Of a stretch of 64,000 nucleotides of DNA, positions 50,461 through 63,100 are shown in pieces. How positions within the stretch are numbered: position 1 is the stretch's first letter; the number at the start of each line of letters is the position of its first letter. The stretch is taken from the NCBI GenBank assembly GCA_004431415.1, contig QPMI01000241.1, forward strand, positions 1 to 64,000. Reading direction: 5' to 3'. This stretch comes from Cyanophora paradoxa CCMP329 (Eukaryota > Plantae > Glaucophyta). The translations under genes were made by a program, and so were the position numbers. The notes under the pieces are model-generated. The model did not search any database, was not told the DNA's origin, and saw only the letters and a list, made by a program, of their open reading frames with translations.

Positions 50461-52920
50461 ACGGAGACGCCGAGCCCGAGCCCGTCGCCCAGCCCGTCGC
50501 CGACGGAGACGCCGAGCCCGAGCCCGTCGCCCAGCCCGTCACCGACGGAGACCCCGAGCCCGAGCCCGTCGCCCAGCCCGTCGCCGACGGAGACGCCGAG
50601 CCCGAGCCCGTCGCCCAGCCCGTCGCCGACGGAGACGCCGAGCCCGAGCCCGTACGCGTCGCCCAGCCCGTCGCCGACGGAGACGACGAGCCCGAGCCCG
50701 TCGCTCAGCCCGTCGCCGATGGAGACGCCGAGCCCGAGCCCGTCGCCCAGCCCGTCGCCGACGGAGACGCCGAGCCCGAGCCCGTCGCCCAGCCCGTCGC
50801 CGACGGAGACGCCGAGCCCGAGCCCGTCGCCCAGCCCGTCGCCGACGGAGACGCCGAGCCCGAGCCCGTCGCCCAGCCCGTCGCCGACGGAGACGCCGAG
50901 CCCGAGCCCGTCGCCCAGCCCGTCGCCGACGGAGACGCCGAGCCCGAGCCCGTCGCCCAGCTCGTCGCCGACGGAGACGCCGAGCCCGAGCCTGTCGCCC
51001 AGCCCGTCGCCGACGGAGACGCCGAGCCCGAGCCCGTCGCCCAGCTCGTCGCCGACGGAGACGCCGAGCCCGAGCCTGTCGCCCAGCCCGTCGCCGACGG
51101 AGACGCCGAGCCCGAGCCCGTCGCCCAGCCCGTCGCCGACGGAGACGCCGAGCCCGAGCCCGTCGCCCAGCCCGTCGCCGACGGAGACGCCGAGCCCGAG
51201 CCCGTCGCCCAGCCCGTCGCCGACGGAGACCCCGAGCCCGAGCCCGTCGCCCAGCCCGTCGCCGACGGAGACCCCGAGCCCGAGCCCGTCGCCCAGCCCG
51301 TCGCCGACGGAGACGCCGAGCCCGAGCCCGTCGCTCAGCCCGTCGCCGACGGAGACGCCGAGCCCGAGCCCGTCGCCCAGCCGGTCGCCGACGGAGATGC
51401 CGAGCCCGAGCCCCTCGCCCAGCCCGTCGCCGACGGAGACGCCGAGCCCGAGCCCGTCGCCCAGCCCGTCGCCGACGGAGACGCCGAGCCCGAGCCCGTC
51501 GCCCAGCCCGTCGCCGACGGAGACGCCGAGCCCGAGCCCGTCGCCCAGCCCGTCGCCGACGGAGACGCCGAGCCCGAGCCCGTCGCCCAGCCCGTCGCCG
51601 ACGGAGACGCCGAGCCCGAGCCCGTCGCCCAGCCCGTCGCCGACGGAGACGCCGAGCCCGAGCCCGTCGCCCAGCCCGTCGCCGACGGAGACGCCGAGCC
51701 CGAGCCCCTCGCCCAGCCCGTCGCCGACGGAGACGCCGAGCCCGAGCCCTTCGCCCAGCCCGTCGCCGACGGAGACGCCGAGCCCGAGCCCGTCGCCCAG
51801 CCCGTCGCCGACGGAGACGCCGAGCCCGAGTCCGTCGCTCAGCCCGTCGCCGACGGAGATGCCGAGCCCGAGCCCGTCGCCCAGCCCGTCGCCGACGGAG
51901 ACGCCGAGCCCGAGCCCCTCGCCCAGCCCGTCGCCGACGGAGACGCCGAGCCCGAGCCCGTCGCCCAGCCCGTCGCCGAGGGAGATGCCGAGCCCGAGCC
52001 CCTCGCCCAGCCCGTCGCCGACGGAGACGCCGAGCCCGAGCCCGTCGCCCAGCCCGTCGCCGACGGAGACGCCGAGCCCGAGCCCCTCGCCCAGCCCGTC
52101 GCCGACGGAGACGCCGAGCCCGAGCCCCTCGCCCAGCCCGTCGCCGACGGAGACGCCGAGCCCGAGCCCGTCGCCCAGCCCGTCGCCGACGGAGACGCCG
52201 AGCCCGAGCCCGTCGCCCAGCCCGTCGCCGACGGAGACGCCGAGCCCGAGCCCGTCGCTCAGCCCGTCGCCGATGGAGACGCCGAGCCCGAGCCCGTCGC
52301 CCAGCCCGTCGCCGACGGAGACGCCGAGCCCGAGCCCGTCGCCCAGCCCGTCGCCGACGGAGACGCCGAGCCCGAGCCCCTCGCCCAGCCCGTCGCCGAC
52401 GGAGACGCCGAGCCCGAGCCCGTCGCCCAGCCCGTCGCCGACGGAGACGCCGAGCCCGAGCCCGTCGACCAGCCCGTCGCCGACGGAGACGCCGAGCCCG
52501 AGCCCGTCGCCCAGCCCGTCGCCGACGGAGACGCCGAGCCCGAGCCCGTCGCCCAGCCCGTCGCCGACGGAGACGCCGAGCCCGAGCCCGTCGCCCAGCC
52601 CGTCGCCGACGGAGATGCCGAGCCCGAGCCCGTCGCCCAGCCCGTCGCCGACGGAGATGCCGAGCCCGAGCCCGTCGCCCAGCCCGTCGCCGACGGAGAC
52701 GCCGAGCCCGAGCCCGTCGCCCAGCCCGTCGCCGACGGAGACGCCGAGCCCGAGCCCGTCGCCCAGCCCGTCGCCGACGGAGACGCCGAGCCCGAGCCCG
52801 TCGCCCAGCCCGTCGCCGATGGAGACGCCGAGCCCGAGCCCGTCGCCCAGCCGGTCGCCGACGGAGATGCCGAGCCCGAGCCCTTCGCCTAGCCCGTCGC
52901 CGACGAAGACGCCGAGCCCG
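50461..52920 (+). repeat. 42-bp coding minisatellite x~58 encoding [14 protein letters not shown] (extensin/mucin-like stalk)
   Basis: ACGGAGACGCCGAGCCCGAGCCCGTCGCCCAGCCCGTCGCCG units, in frame in ORF 49606..53457. Confidence 0.95.
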
Positions 52921-55900
52921 AGCGTGTCCCCCGGCGCGAGTCCATTTTCAAGCCCGAGCCAGTCTCCAAGCCCGTCTCCGACCAAGATGCCGAGTACACG
53001 TTCCTCCCCAAGCCCCAGCGCCTCACCGCAGCCGGGCGTGGCTTTGACTGTTACTGGGACCCCTTCCCCGACTCCCGTCACCAACGTGGCAGCCGAAGGC
53101 GTGGATGCATTCGGTGCGGCAGCATCCACCTGCGTCGGTGTACATGTGCTCGCGCCATGCGCTAACGCGCCGCAGGGTGTCGGCTCCCTCCGGAGTGGGT
53201 GCGCTACACGCTCCTCAACGCAACAGCGGCGCTCCTGCAGTGGGGCCCCACGCAGGCCCCCTTCTCGGCTCCTGCCGCTGCCACTAACGTTGGGGCTGAC
53301 GACCCTATCGAGGATGGCCTCGGCTACTCGCGGCAGTACGGCGGGTGTCGCCTCTGGGCCCTTGCCGCGTTTGCCCGCGGGTCGGCTGCCGACGCAGAAA
53401 GGCCGCGCTGGACCTCGCCGCCCCTCTCGTCGCTCCTTTCCGACCGCCTCGTCGTGACGACGGCAGACCGCGCTTTCGCCACAGCCGTTGTCTACGACGT
53501 GCGCGTGGCCCTCGTCTGCTCCGGCGGGCAGCCCTGCAGGCTCGGCACCGCCGGCGGTGCCCTGCAGTTCCCCTCTGGTCCCGCCCTCGCGGCCCCGGGC
53601 GGCCTCGCGGCAGCCTCCCCGACATCGGTCTCCGTCGCGTGGGCGCCCTTCGCCTTTAGCGCCGACCTTTTCTCGCCCTCGGCGCCCCTGCGCGGACACG
53701 AGTTCGGCGGCGCCTACGCCGTCCCCGGCTCCTCCTTCCTCGCCGTCGCCCTGAGCCTCGCCCCAGGCGCGCCCTCCGACGTGCCAGCGGCCTCGCGGGC
53801 AGCGGCGGGGAGCCCGGCGACCGTGGAGGGCCTGCAGCCGGACACGCCGTACCTCTTCTACGTCGAGCAGCGTTTCCTTGTTGACGTCGGCCCGGGCTTC
53901 GCCGCCGCCTCCGCCCGCGCGTTCTTCCGCACGCCGGCCGCCGCCGGCGCCGCCAACGCCTCCTCGGGCCAGACCGACCTCGACATCCCTGTGGCGGCCC
54001 TCTTCCCCGTGGCCGAGCTCGGTGCGCCCCTCGCGAGCGCTTCTCCCTTCCCCCGAGATCTGCCGCGCCCCCGCCTCACCGCTGGCGGCCCGCCAGAGGC
54101 GCTTGTGGACGCGCTCTTCCTGCCCTCGGCGGCCCCGGGGGCGGGGGCCGGCGCCGGGGCGCCCTCCGCGGGCTCCCTCGAGAGCGCCCCGGCGTGGACG
54201 CTGACCGTCGCCCTCGCCAACGTGCCCTGCTCGTCGCTCACGTCGGACCTCGCCCGCGCCATCCTCGCCGACCTCCGCGCCGTGCGCCGCCCTCCCCCGA
54301 CCTCGCCAGCGCCGCGCCCGACCTGCTCCGCCCGCCCACCCGCACGCAGGCGCTGAACGCCTCGCGGGAGGAGATGAAGTACGCCACCATCCGCTGCGTC
54401 GCAGCGGGCGCCGTCGTCGCCGCCGGCCGCCGTCTCCGGCAGTCCGCCGACGGCGCCGTCCAGGTCCGTCCGTCCCTTGTTGGAGCGAGCGCGCGGCCTC
54501 CGACGCGGCGCTGGCCCCGCCCCGCAGGTCTCGTTCATCGTGCGGGGCGGGGGCGAGGCGAAGGCGGCCGCCCTCGACGCCTCCCTCGCCGCCCTCGCCG
54601 CCTCCGCCCAGGCCGGCACCCTCCTTCTCCCTCCGCCAGCGTCGCCGCCGGCTACACGATCCGCACCGGCGCCGCCTACGTTCAAGCGGGCGTCTCCGCC
54701 ACCGCCGCCGCCCGCCCGCGGCGCGCCCCGCTGCCGGCTCGGCCGCCAGCCCCGCCGTCGCCCTCGTCGCGGGATCGTCGGCGGGGTCGGCGGAACGGCG
54801 CTGCTTGTCGCCGGCGCGGCGGTTGCGTGGCGCCGCCGCCGCCGCGCGCGGCTCGCGCGCGCCCTGCACGCCAGCGAGAAGTACGCCCCTGCCTTGCCGG
54901 TGGGTGCGGAGGCAGTGGATCTGGACACAAGCGTTGCTGCCGCGGCTGCCGCGGCTGCCGCTGCCGCGACTGCAGCACCGCCCTCGGGCGCTCTGCGAGG
55001 GAAGCGCTCCTCCGTTGCTCCCGCCCTGCCAGCGGACACGGACCTCCTCTCGCCCGCGGGCGACGCCGCCGCCTCGCCGCCCGACAAGAAGAGGGGCTTC
55101 CGCTTCCGGTACCGCGCGGGAGCGGCCGAGGGCGATGGCGAGGGGCAGCAGGGGGAGGCCGCCGCCTCCCCGGAGCGCGAGCCGACGCCCGTCGAGAGCT
55201 TCCGCCGCCCGCTCACCACGCGCCGCGCCCCGCGCCTCGGCGCTGAGGAGCCGCCGGCCGTCCCCGGCTCCTCCGGCGCTGGTGCCGGCGCGGCGGGCTC
55301 GGAGACGGAAGGAGAGGCGGGGAGCCCCGACGAGCAGGGGCGGCGGGGTCGGCGGCGCACGGCGAAGACGCCGCGGCGGCTGCCGCCGATCCGGGCCCCG
55401 ACGCACCTGCCGCCGCTCCCCGTGGGCGAGGCCTCGGCCGTCCCCACCGCCCGCCTCCACCTCGCTCTTACCTCACGCCTCGGCTCCAGGTGCCCCCGCT
55501 CCTCGAGCTCGCCCCCGAGCCCGGCCCACTGTACATGTCCTGACGCCTCCGCCCACAGCGGCTCTCTGGACCTCGGCCCCTCCTCGCGCCGGCAGCGTCC
55601 GTGCGCGTGTTCGCGCCGGTCGAGGCCGCCGGGGCCGGCGAGCCGTCGCCATCCCCGCCGCCTGCGGTGGCCGTTGAGCCGCACCCCGCGTCGCCCCCGC
55701 CCTCACCGCCTCCCCTGGCACCCTTCGCGCCTCCCACCGAGGCGGCCCCCACCCGCGCGCCCTCGCGGGCTGAGGCGGCGCTGGCCCCGCCCTCCCCCAA
55801 CCCTGCGAGATCCTCGGGGCGCAGCCTCGCCCCGCCCTCGCCCAGCGTCGGGCTCATGATCGACCTGCCGCCTTCCAGCGTCGCCGGCTCCTCGGGGCGC

Positions 55901-58900
55901 GCCCACTCGCTCTTCCTCACGCCGCCGGACGAGCCGGCCGCCGACGCCTTCCGTCAGCGCTCCCCTCGGGCTTCCCCGCCCCGCCGCCGGGGCGCAAGTA
56001 CTCGCCGCGGCGCGCCCGCTCCTCCATCTCGCTCATCGCGGAGAGCTCCGACGGCGCGCCCGGCGGGGCGGCGGCGGCGGCGGGCGGCGACCGCTGCCGC
56101 CCTCGGCCTCCTCCGCCTCCTTCTCGGCGTCGCCCTCGCCGACTCGCCGGCGGCCGGCCTCGCCTCGCGGCCCTCCGCCCCCGCCCGCCGCGCCTCCATG
56201 GTCGACGTCCCCGCCGCGCCGCCGCCTGCAGCTGCGCCGCCGCCCACGGAGGCTTCGAGCGGCGCACCGGGCGCGGGGCCCGGGCCGGGGGCGCGGCTGC
56301 GGCGCTCGCAGAGCGTGGTGCAGTACGGCGATCGCGAAGCGCTGTACGCACGGCCGCAGCCCGAGGCCGGCACCCTCGACGTCTCCCTCCGCCGCCCCGC
56401 GGCCCCGGCGGCCCCCGCCGGCGTCTACACCGGCTCCTCCCTCCCATCGCCTCCCTGCACTCGGCCCTCGCCGCCCCGCCGGGGCCCCGCCCCGCCGCAC
56501 CTCGCCGGCGACCTCGGAGGGCGGCGCGGCGCCGGTGGGGCCGGGGGCGGCCCCGGGCCCCGCGCCGGGCGCTCGCGCAGCGTCCAGTACCTGGGGCCCG
56601 AGATGGAGCCGCTGGAGGGCAGCGCCCCGGCCCCGCCGGCCGCCCCGCCGCCCCGGGGGCCCCAGCTCCGGGGCCTCCCCTTCGCCGCCGCCGCCCGCGG
56701 GCGCCTCCGCTCCTCGAGCGTCGTGGAGGGCGCAATCGCGGAGGCGCGCGCCCCCGCCGCCTCCCGGCCGCCCCGGCCATCGCGGACTACGCGCGCCCGC
56801 GCCCGGGGATCGGCGTCCTTGACATCGCCGTCAAGCGTTCCTTCCTCAGCGAGGCGCCTGCCACCCGCTCCGCCTCAGCCACCGCCCTCGCCGGCGCTAT
56901 AGCTAGCGGCCGCGGGCCGCCCCATCGGCGCCCCGCGGCCGGCTTCGCCGCCGCCGCTGATCGTGGCGACGCTGCCGCCGCCGCCGCCAGAGGAGGAGCT
57001 GGCGCAGGCGCCCAAAGCCGCCCGCCTGCCGCGCACCCGCTCCGAGTTCCTTCGCGGGTCGACCCTCGAGCCGGCGCCGGGCCCCCGCCGGGCCGGGCTT
57101 CCCCGAGCGCGGCGCGCAGCCCCGAGCACTCGCGCTCCCCGCACCGCGGCCGCGTTCCCATCGGCCAGACGCAGAAGTACCGCACGACGTTCCTCACGCT
57201 CTCCGATGACCGCGGGCCGTAATTATTTATAACCGTAGACGTAGCGCAGGCCTAGGCGCCAGGTCCGCCTCAGCCATATGCATGGCCAGCTCCGACCCCT
57301 CTTTTCCTTTTCCTGGCGGCTGCAGGCCGTTGCGTGTCGCTTTATATTTTTCGGCAGGCTGGTATTTGTTGTGGATGTTAATATTTCTTCTGCTTTATTT
57401 CTCCAATGTTTGTCGACATTACCTCAGGATCAGCGCACACGCATATATTTAGGGGCTTTTAATAGTCTAGGGCACATATGCATGCGTATGGTTTTGAAAC
57501 CAGATCGTTATCGGAATTACAGAAAGTCTTGACTGCAAGCCGCTGAGCTCGAAAAGCCTTTGAAGGCATTCGACTTCTTTTCCGGGGGATCCGGACGCAA
57601 AGTGAAGAAAATCCCACCTCGCCTGCTTAAGGATTAATATTGCTGCGCTCAAGCTTGTCAAGTTTGGGATTGCTGCGCTCAAGCTCGTGCTTGCCAAATG
57701 GAGCTGTCGCGTACGAGATTAGACGGGTGGCCGATGCGTACGCGTACTACGGCACTGACGCTGATCGCGACATCGGCCCTAGCAGCACTGCTGTACTGTC
57801 CGACGGTCTGTCTGTATGCGTCCATCAATTGATCGCACTGCGATGGTGCGGGGGCCGCCGCCGGGGGCGCAGCCGCGGCGGGAGGGCCGCGGCGCTCCCG
57901 GAGCTCCCGCCGCCGACCCCTCACGTGCTCAGCAGAGCTCGACTCGCCGGCGAGTCGCCGCCCTCGACTTGATCAGACAGGCGGACGCCAGTGCTTTCTT
58001 TTTCTTTTGTTTGAGAGGAAAAAGACGAAGGCGGCGCGTACGCCAACCCTCTCTATCACAAATTGTGGTGTTGAGACACCCGATTGGATGCTCAAGTGGC
58101 TTCCACCCGTGGAGTGCAGCGGGCTTCCACCACCGGCTCGCGTCTTCATGATCACGCGACGACCCCACCCAGGTAAGTATGATTTGCTCCACCGTCCCAA
58201 CGGGGTCTATCGAAAGAGGGGGGCGCGATCGCGAGCCCCGAGGTGGGAGTCCGTGGGACACCTGCCCAGGCCCCCCCCGGGCCCCGTCGCGTGCAAATCC
58301 AGCTAGCTATAGCTATAGCTGTCGATGTCAACAGCATGAATCGGTATCGTTCGAATTCCCGGCCCAATCTCGCGCGCACGCGCGCGCGTGATCATGAATC
58401 GAAGCTCAGCGGCTTGAGGGATATCGATATCGATAAGCTTGCCGCAGTGCACTCAACTGAAAGGATATCGATAAGCTTGCAATTGCCAGCTGAGTACTAG
58501 TGATCATATCATAGTACGTCGCGCCGCCGACTCGCGCGCACGTGCACTCGTGATCGCGATCGATCGAGAGTGCATGTGCACACATGTACATGGCCAATCC
58601 CTATCGATCGCGATCGCGAGCTACCGGACCGGAATAGCTAGAATAGCTAGCGCGCGGCGCAGCGGCGCCGCGGCGGTTAGCCGCTGAGCGCGCTTCGAAT
58701 TCGACATAAGCCGCGCCGCTAGCGCTAGCGCTGAGCTCATGATCAAGCTATATAGAGCTACAGCTAGCGCTAGCGGCTGCCGGCGGCGGTGCGCCGCGGC
58801 TGCGCGCATGCATGATCAATTGCAAATTAAACTGGAGGAATAGCTAGCTAGCGCTAGGCTCCGCTAGCGCTTTAGGGAAAATCCCACGAACGTGCACATG

Positions 58901-60112
58901 TACAGAAAAAATTTCAAGTTCCCCCTTTTTGGCGTTCAATCTCTTTTTTCATTTCTGAATTCGAAATTCCCCGATCGAGGGGTACCGCGGCCGGCACGAC
59001 ACGGGTCGCGCGGCCGCGGCCGGGCCCCGGGGGCGCGCGGCGGGCGCCGGCGGCCCGAGGCCCCGAGCGGCCCGTTCCTGAAGTACGCAGTGAATTCGAA
59101 GCGAATTCGTATGCAGCGAATTCGAAGGCAGCGAAGGGAGAGCGTTTGAAGGCCGGAACTAGCTATAGAGGGCCGGGGGCGGAGCCTTCGGAGCGGCAGC
59201 AGCGTGTATACGAAGCAGAGATCCCACTCGATCGGGTGAAAAGGAGCATCGCCCGTCGCGATCGCCGCTTTCCGGATCCGGTCCGATAGAATGCGCGCGA
59301 AGCGACCATCGATATCCTGTGCGCACGCGCGCATGCCCTTCTGCGCAGTCTCACGGCAGCGGCCGGCTCCATCACCCGTGACCGATATCCTTAGCGCGCC
59401 GCGAGTTCGGCGGATCGGATCGATGGCCCGCGCGCGCTGCAGCTGCGGCGCGCGCGCGAGCAACAGATCGATGGCAGATATCCTTAGCGCGCCGCGAGTT
59501 CGGCGGCATATTGATGGCGCGCGCTGCGGCGCGTCGCGATCGCGCCGCGGGGCGCCGGCGGGACGTCGGCCGCGGGGCGCCGGGCGCCGCGGCGCCGGCC
59601 GCGCGGCGTCGACCGCGGCCGCGGGGCGCCTCCCTGGGCCCGCGTGCCGGCGGCGCCGCTGATGGCGGCGGCGCTTCTCGCGCTTCTCGCGGTGGCAGTG
59701 GCCGCAGGCGAGCCCTCGAAGCCCGACGGCGCCGGCAAGGCGCGCCAGCTCCGGTCCGATCGCGAGCTCGAGGACGCCGATCGCGATCGCGAGCTGCCTA
59801 TTCGAATTCGCGACGTCGACCTCTAAGCGTGGTGCGCCCTGGCCCGGCGCCCCCACTAGTACTCCCCGCTTCGCCGCCCCGCGTGCTTTCTACCGCTTCC
59901 CTTCACCTTCCTACACACCAGCTCCCGTCATCCTATAGCTAGCGTGCAGGCCTCACTCCCCCCATTCACCCAACCCCACCCCCGCCCCCACCCCGACCCC
60001 CGCGACCCCGCCTCCTCCTCCCCCTCTCCCCTACGTATATACCCCCACCCCTGCCTCTTTCCATCCCTTGCAACCCCGCCCTCAAGCGCCTCCTGGCCGT
60101 CGCCCTCCGCAG

Positions 60113-63100
60113 GAGCTCGCGTCGATCAACTGGATCTACATGCGGCCGACGGACAGCTTCGAGGACGGCATCTCGAAGATCAACACCGTCGCCCAGGCGC
60201 GCGCGCGCGCCTCGGCCGCGCTCTCTCGCTGTCACCTCCGAGCTCGAGGCTCATGATCACGGGGGCGCGGGCAGATGGACCTCGACCTGATCCGCCTCCA
60301 CACCCGCCTCCTCGTCCGCGCCAAGGAGTGTGCGCTCGAAGAGAACGGGGGCCCCGGCCCCGCCTATAGCTAGCCTTCTCCGATCCCTGTGCAGTCTGAG
60401 CCCGGGAGGCAGGGGTGGAGTCCGGGTCGCACAAGAACTCGTCGAAGCTGCTCACGGGGCGCGACCTCCGCGAGGCCCTCGACTGGCGCGAGCGCGTGCG
60501 TCCGCCCCGCGCGGACCCCGCCCCTGATCTAGCCTCGCGCCTGCCATGGCCAGCTGCAAGCTCGGCTCGCCTTCTTTCAGACGGCAGCCGCGGGCGCCGC
60601 TAGCGCTCCCCCTGCCCGCGTCCGACGGCCCGTGGCCATGCATATGGGCACAGGTCAAGGAATCCAGCCGGCAGTCGGTGAATTCGAAGCTGCTGGAGGA
60701 ACAGAACAAGTTCATCAACGCGAGCCGCAGGCGGTCCAAGGTGCGGGTTTCTAAATCTGAGACGTCTAGACGGTAAAGACCTCCAAGATTCAATTCTTAC
60801 GCCCGATCCTTGTATCGATCGCCCGACACCGACGCCGGCGCCCCTTAGCCCTTCTCCCGCCCGCCCCACACCTTTTCCAATTTATAATCAATCTGATTCT
60901 ACCCCCCGCGCGCTCAGGTGAGGAAGGCGATCCTGATCACCGTCTCGGCGATCGCAATCTTTGCGATCATCGCCGGCCTCATCGCCGCCATCATCGCCGG
61001 TGCGCATCCGCCCGCCCCGCATGCGCAGCGGCGGAGGCGCGCGCGCGACGCCCCCGTCGATCTGGTGGGTCCGATCCTGGCCGGCGCAGCGATCGAGGCG
61101 ACCAAGGCGAAGAACGAGGCGGAGACGGCGAAGAACGAGGCGATCCGGCAGGAGGGCATCGCCAAGACCGCCCTCGCCGTGCGCTTCTTCGTCGACTTTG
61201 AGAGATGAAATCGGAATTGGAAGCTTTCAACGGCTTTCATCGCATGCTCTGCGTCGCCCACCTAACACTCTAGATCTGCCCCCGTGTGCTTGCAGGACCT
61301 GAGTGTCTCCAACGCCAAGCTGAGCGCGACCTACGCCGACCTGAGCGTCTCCAATGCGAAGCTGAACGCGACATACGCCAACCTGTGCGCCCGCCCGCCT
61401 TTTTCTCGAATACTCTGCAGATCTAGAATTCACTCGCACTTGGCTCACGCGCGCGCGCGCCGGCGTTAACGTTGCTCGTTTCTCTCGCGGCAGAACCGTG
61501 GCCTACTCGCAGCTAGAGCAGCAGAACATACTCATCAACAAGCAGAAGGAGGAGATCCTGCAAGCGTACAAGGACCTGCAGGAGTCGCTGCGGTCGTCGA
61601 GCCAGCGGCGGTCGGCTCGGCGCGGGCCTACTTCGAGGAGGACAAGCAGCTCGCCGTGCTGCTCGGCGTCCTCGCCACCAACTCCACCCAGGTCCCGCCC
61701 CGCGAGCTCGCGATCGCCCCGCAGCTGATCGAGCTCCGAGCGCGCTGCTGACGCGCGCGCTCCGCGTCGCGGCCGGCGCAGTTCACGTCGAGCACGCAGA
61801 ACCTCGTGGCGGCGCACAACGCCCTCCGCGACTTCATCTACGACACCCAGGCGCCCGCCCGCGCCCGGCCCCCTAGCTATAGGCCTGGGGGGCAAAGTCG
61901 CTCGGAAGCTCAAGGCTCAGATCCGCGCAGGGGACATACCTGGAGGGGAGCTCCCTCGAGTCGAGCACCACGACGGGGGCCGGGGCCGGCCGGCGACACG
62001 CGCTGGCGGACCCGGCCGCGGGCGGCCACGGGGTCGCCTCGGCACCAGGCGCAAGCGGGGGCGCGAGGCTGCGTGGCAAACGGGAGGAGGGCGGGGCGTG
62101 GGGGAAGGGGGGCCGGGGCCTCCGATTCAGCCGGGACCTGCTGGCGGGGGCGGACGCGACGCGGGCGCTCAACCTGCGCGAGCTCGCGTCGCCATCCAAG
62201 CAGCAGTACACCCTCGTCTTCCCCATGGTGCAGTCCGCGACAGGAGCCGCACGTGGGCTCTCGCCGACGGGGCGGGGGCGGGGCGGGGCGGGCAGGTGGC
62301 CTTCTCGGACAACAACGATCGCGAGTTCCTGGCGAACGTCGTGCTCCTCAAGTGGCGCGAGGCCCGCGACCTCGAGTCCGACGTCATCAAGGCGCCCGCC
62401 CCGCCAAGCTGAAGGGCGCCTCCCCCGGCCCCGCTGATGGCGCCGGCCGCGGCGGGCGGGCGGCAGGTGCGGATCGCGGCGAACGTGTGGAACGTGGCGA
62501 ACGACCGCCTCTCCCGCCCCTCCATCAAGCGCACCGCCGACAGGACGTACACCGGCCACACGGTCCGCTCCCGCGCGCCCTTGCCGGCCGCCTCCGAGTT
62601 CCTTAGCGAGGGCCCGGGGCAGGAGAGCGTCCGGACGCCGCCCGTGAAGCGCTTCATTCCGATCGCGGAATACGTGCGCGCCGGCACCCATGCATATGGC
62701 CAGCGCGCAGGCCCGAGCCCGCGCGCCCGTCTCCTCTGACGCCGACGCCGGCTGGCGATCGCGGGCAGGAGGTCGAGGCGGACCTCGACGGCTTCATGGA
62801 CGCCGTCGTCGACTTCAGCGGTGCCGCCGCTTTTCGCATTAAAACATATCGGCCTCGTCGCCGCTTCTGTTGGCATCAGCGCCGCTTCTGACGTTTACAC
62901 TATCTATAGCTATAGCTATAGCTATGATTTCGTTCGCTCCGCACCATTCTCGCCCCTTCTGAGCTTGAGTCGGGCGCAGGCAACGTCTTCCTGCGGACTG
63001 TGAGCTTTATCAGCGACGGGCAGGAGGTCACGCAGGCGTTCACGAAGGACCGCTTCTACGTGAACCTGCCCAACGGCACCTGGACCAAGTACGACGCCGC

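Larger units (their letters stand above)
15155..57222 (+). pseudogene. Giant multi-exon type-I cell-surface protein gene (FN3/Ig-like tandem array, SP-rich stalk, TM, Pro-rich tail), 5'-truncated by the virus and interrupted by a transposon
   Basis: Partial exon 15155-15270 (SASLVYFSG...TVESLY), intron 15271-15331, 31 spliceable repeat units, diverged last domain from 50114, SP stalk, FN3-like VEGLQPDTPYLFYV, GRRLRQ motif, hydrophobic GIVGGVGGTALLVAGAAVAW followed by RRRRR (~54770-54850). Probable stop at ~57220-57222. Confidence 0.8.

Noticed and set aside
50394-55460. 1688-aa minus-strand ORF with [10 protein letters not shown] repeats
   Set aside because: Antisense of the SP-stalk minisatellite; stop-free only because of the repeat composition.
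57600-58300. Possible small spliced gene or gene remnant
   Set aside because: Coding-like patches exist, but no consistent exon chain or recognisable domain could be built.
59661-59826. MAAALLALLAVAVAA as the first exon (signal peptide) of the 60113 gene
   Set aside because: The likely donor is phase 1 while the 60113 exon is phase 0; the connection cannot be supported.
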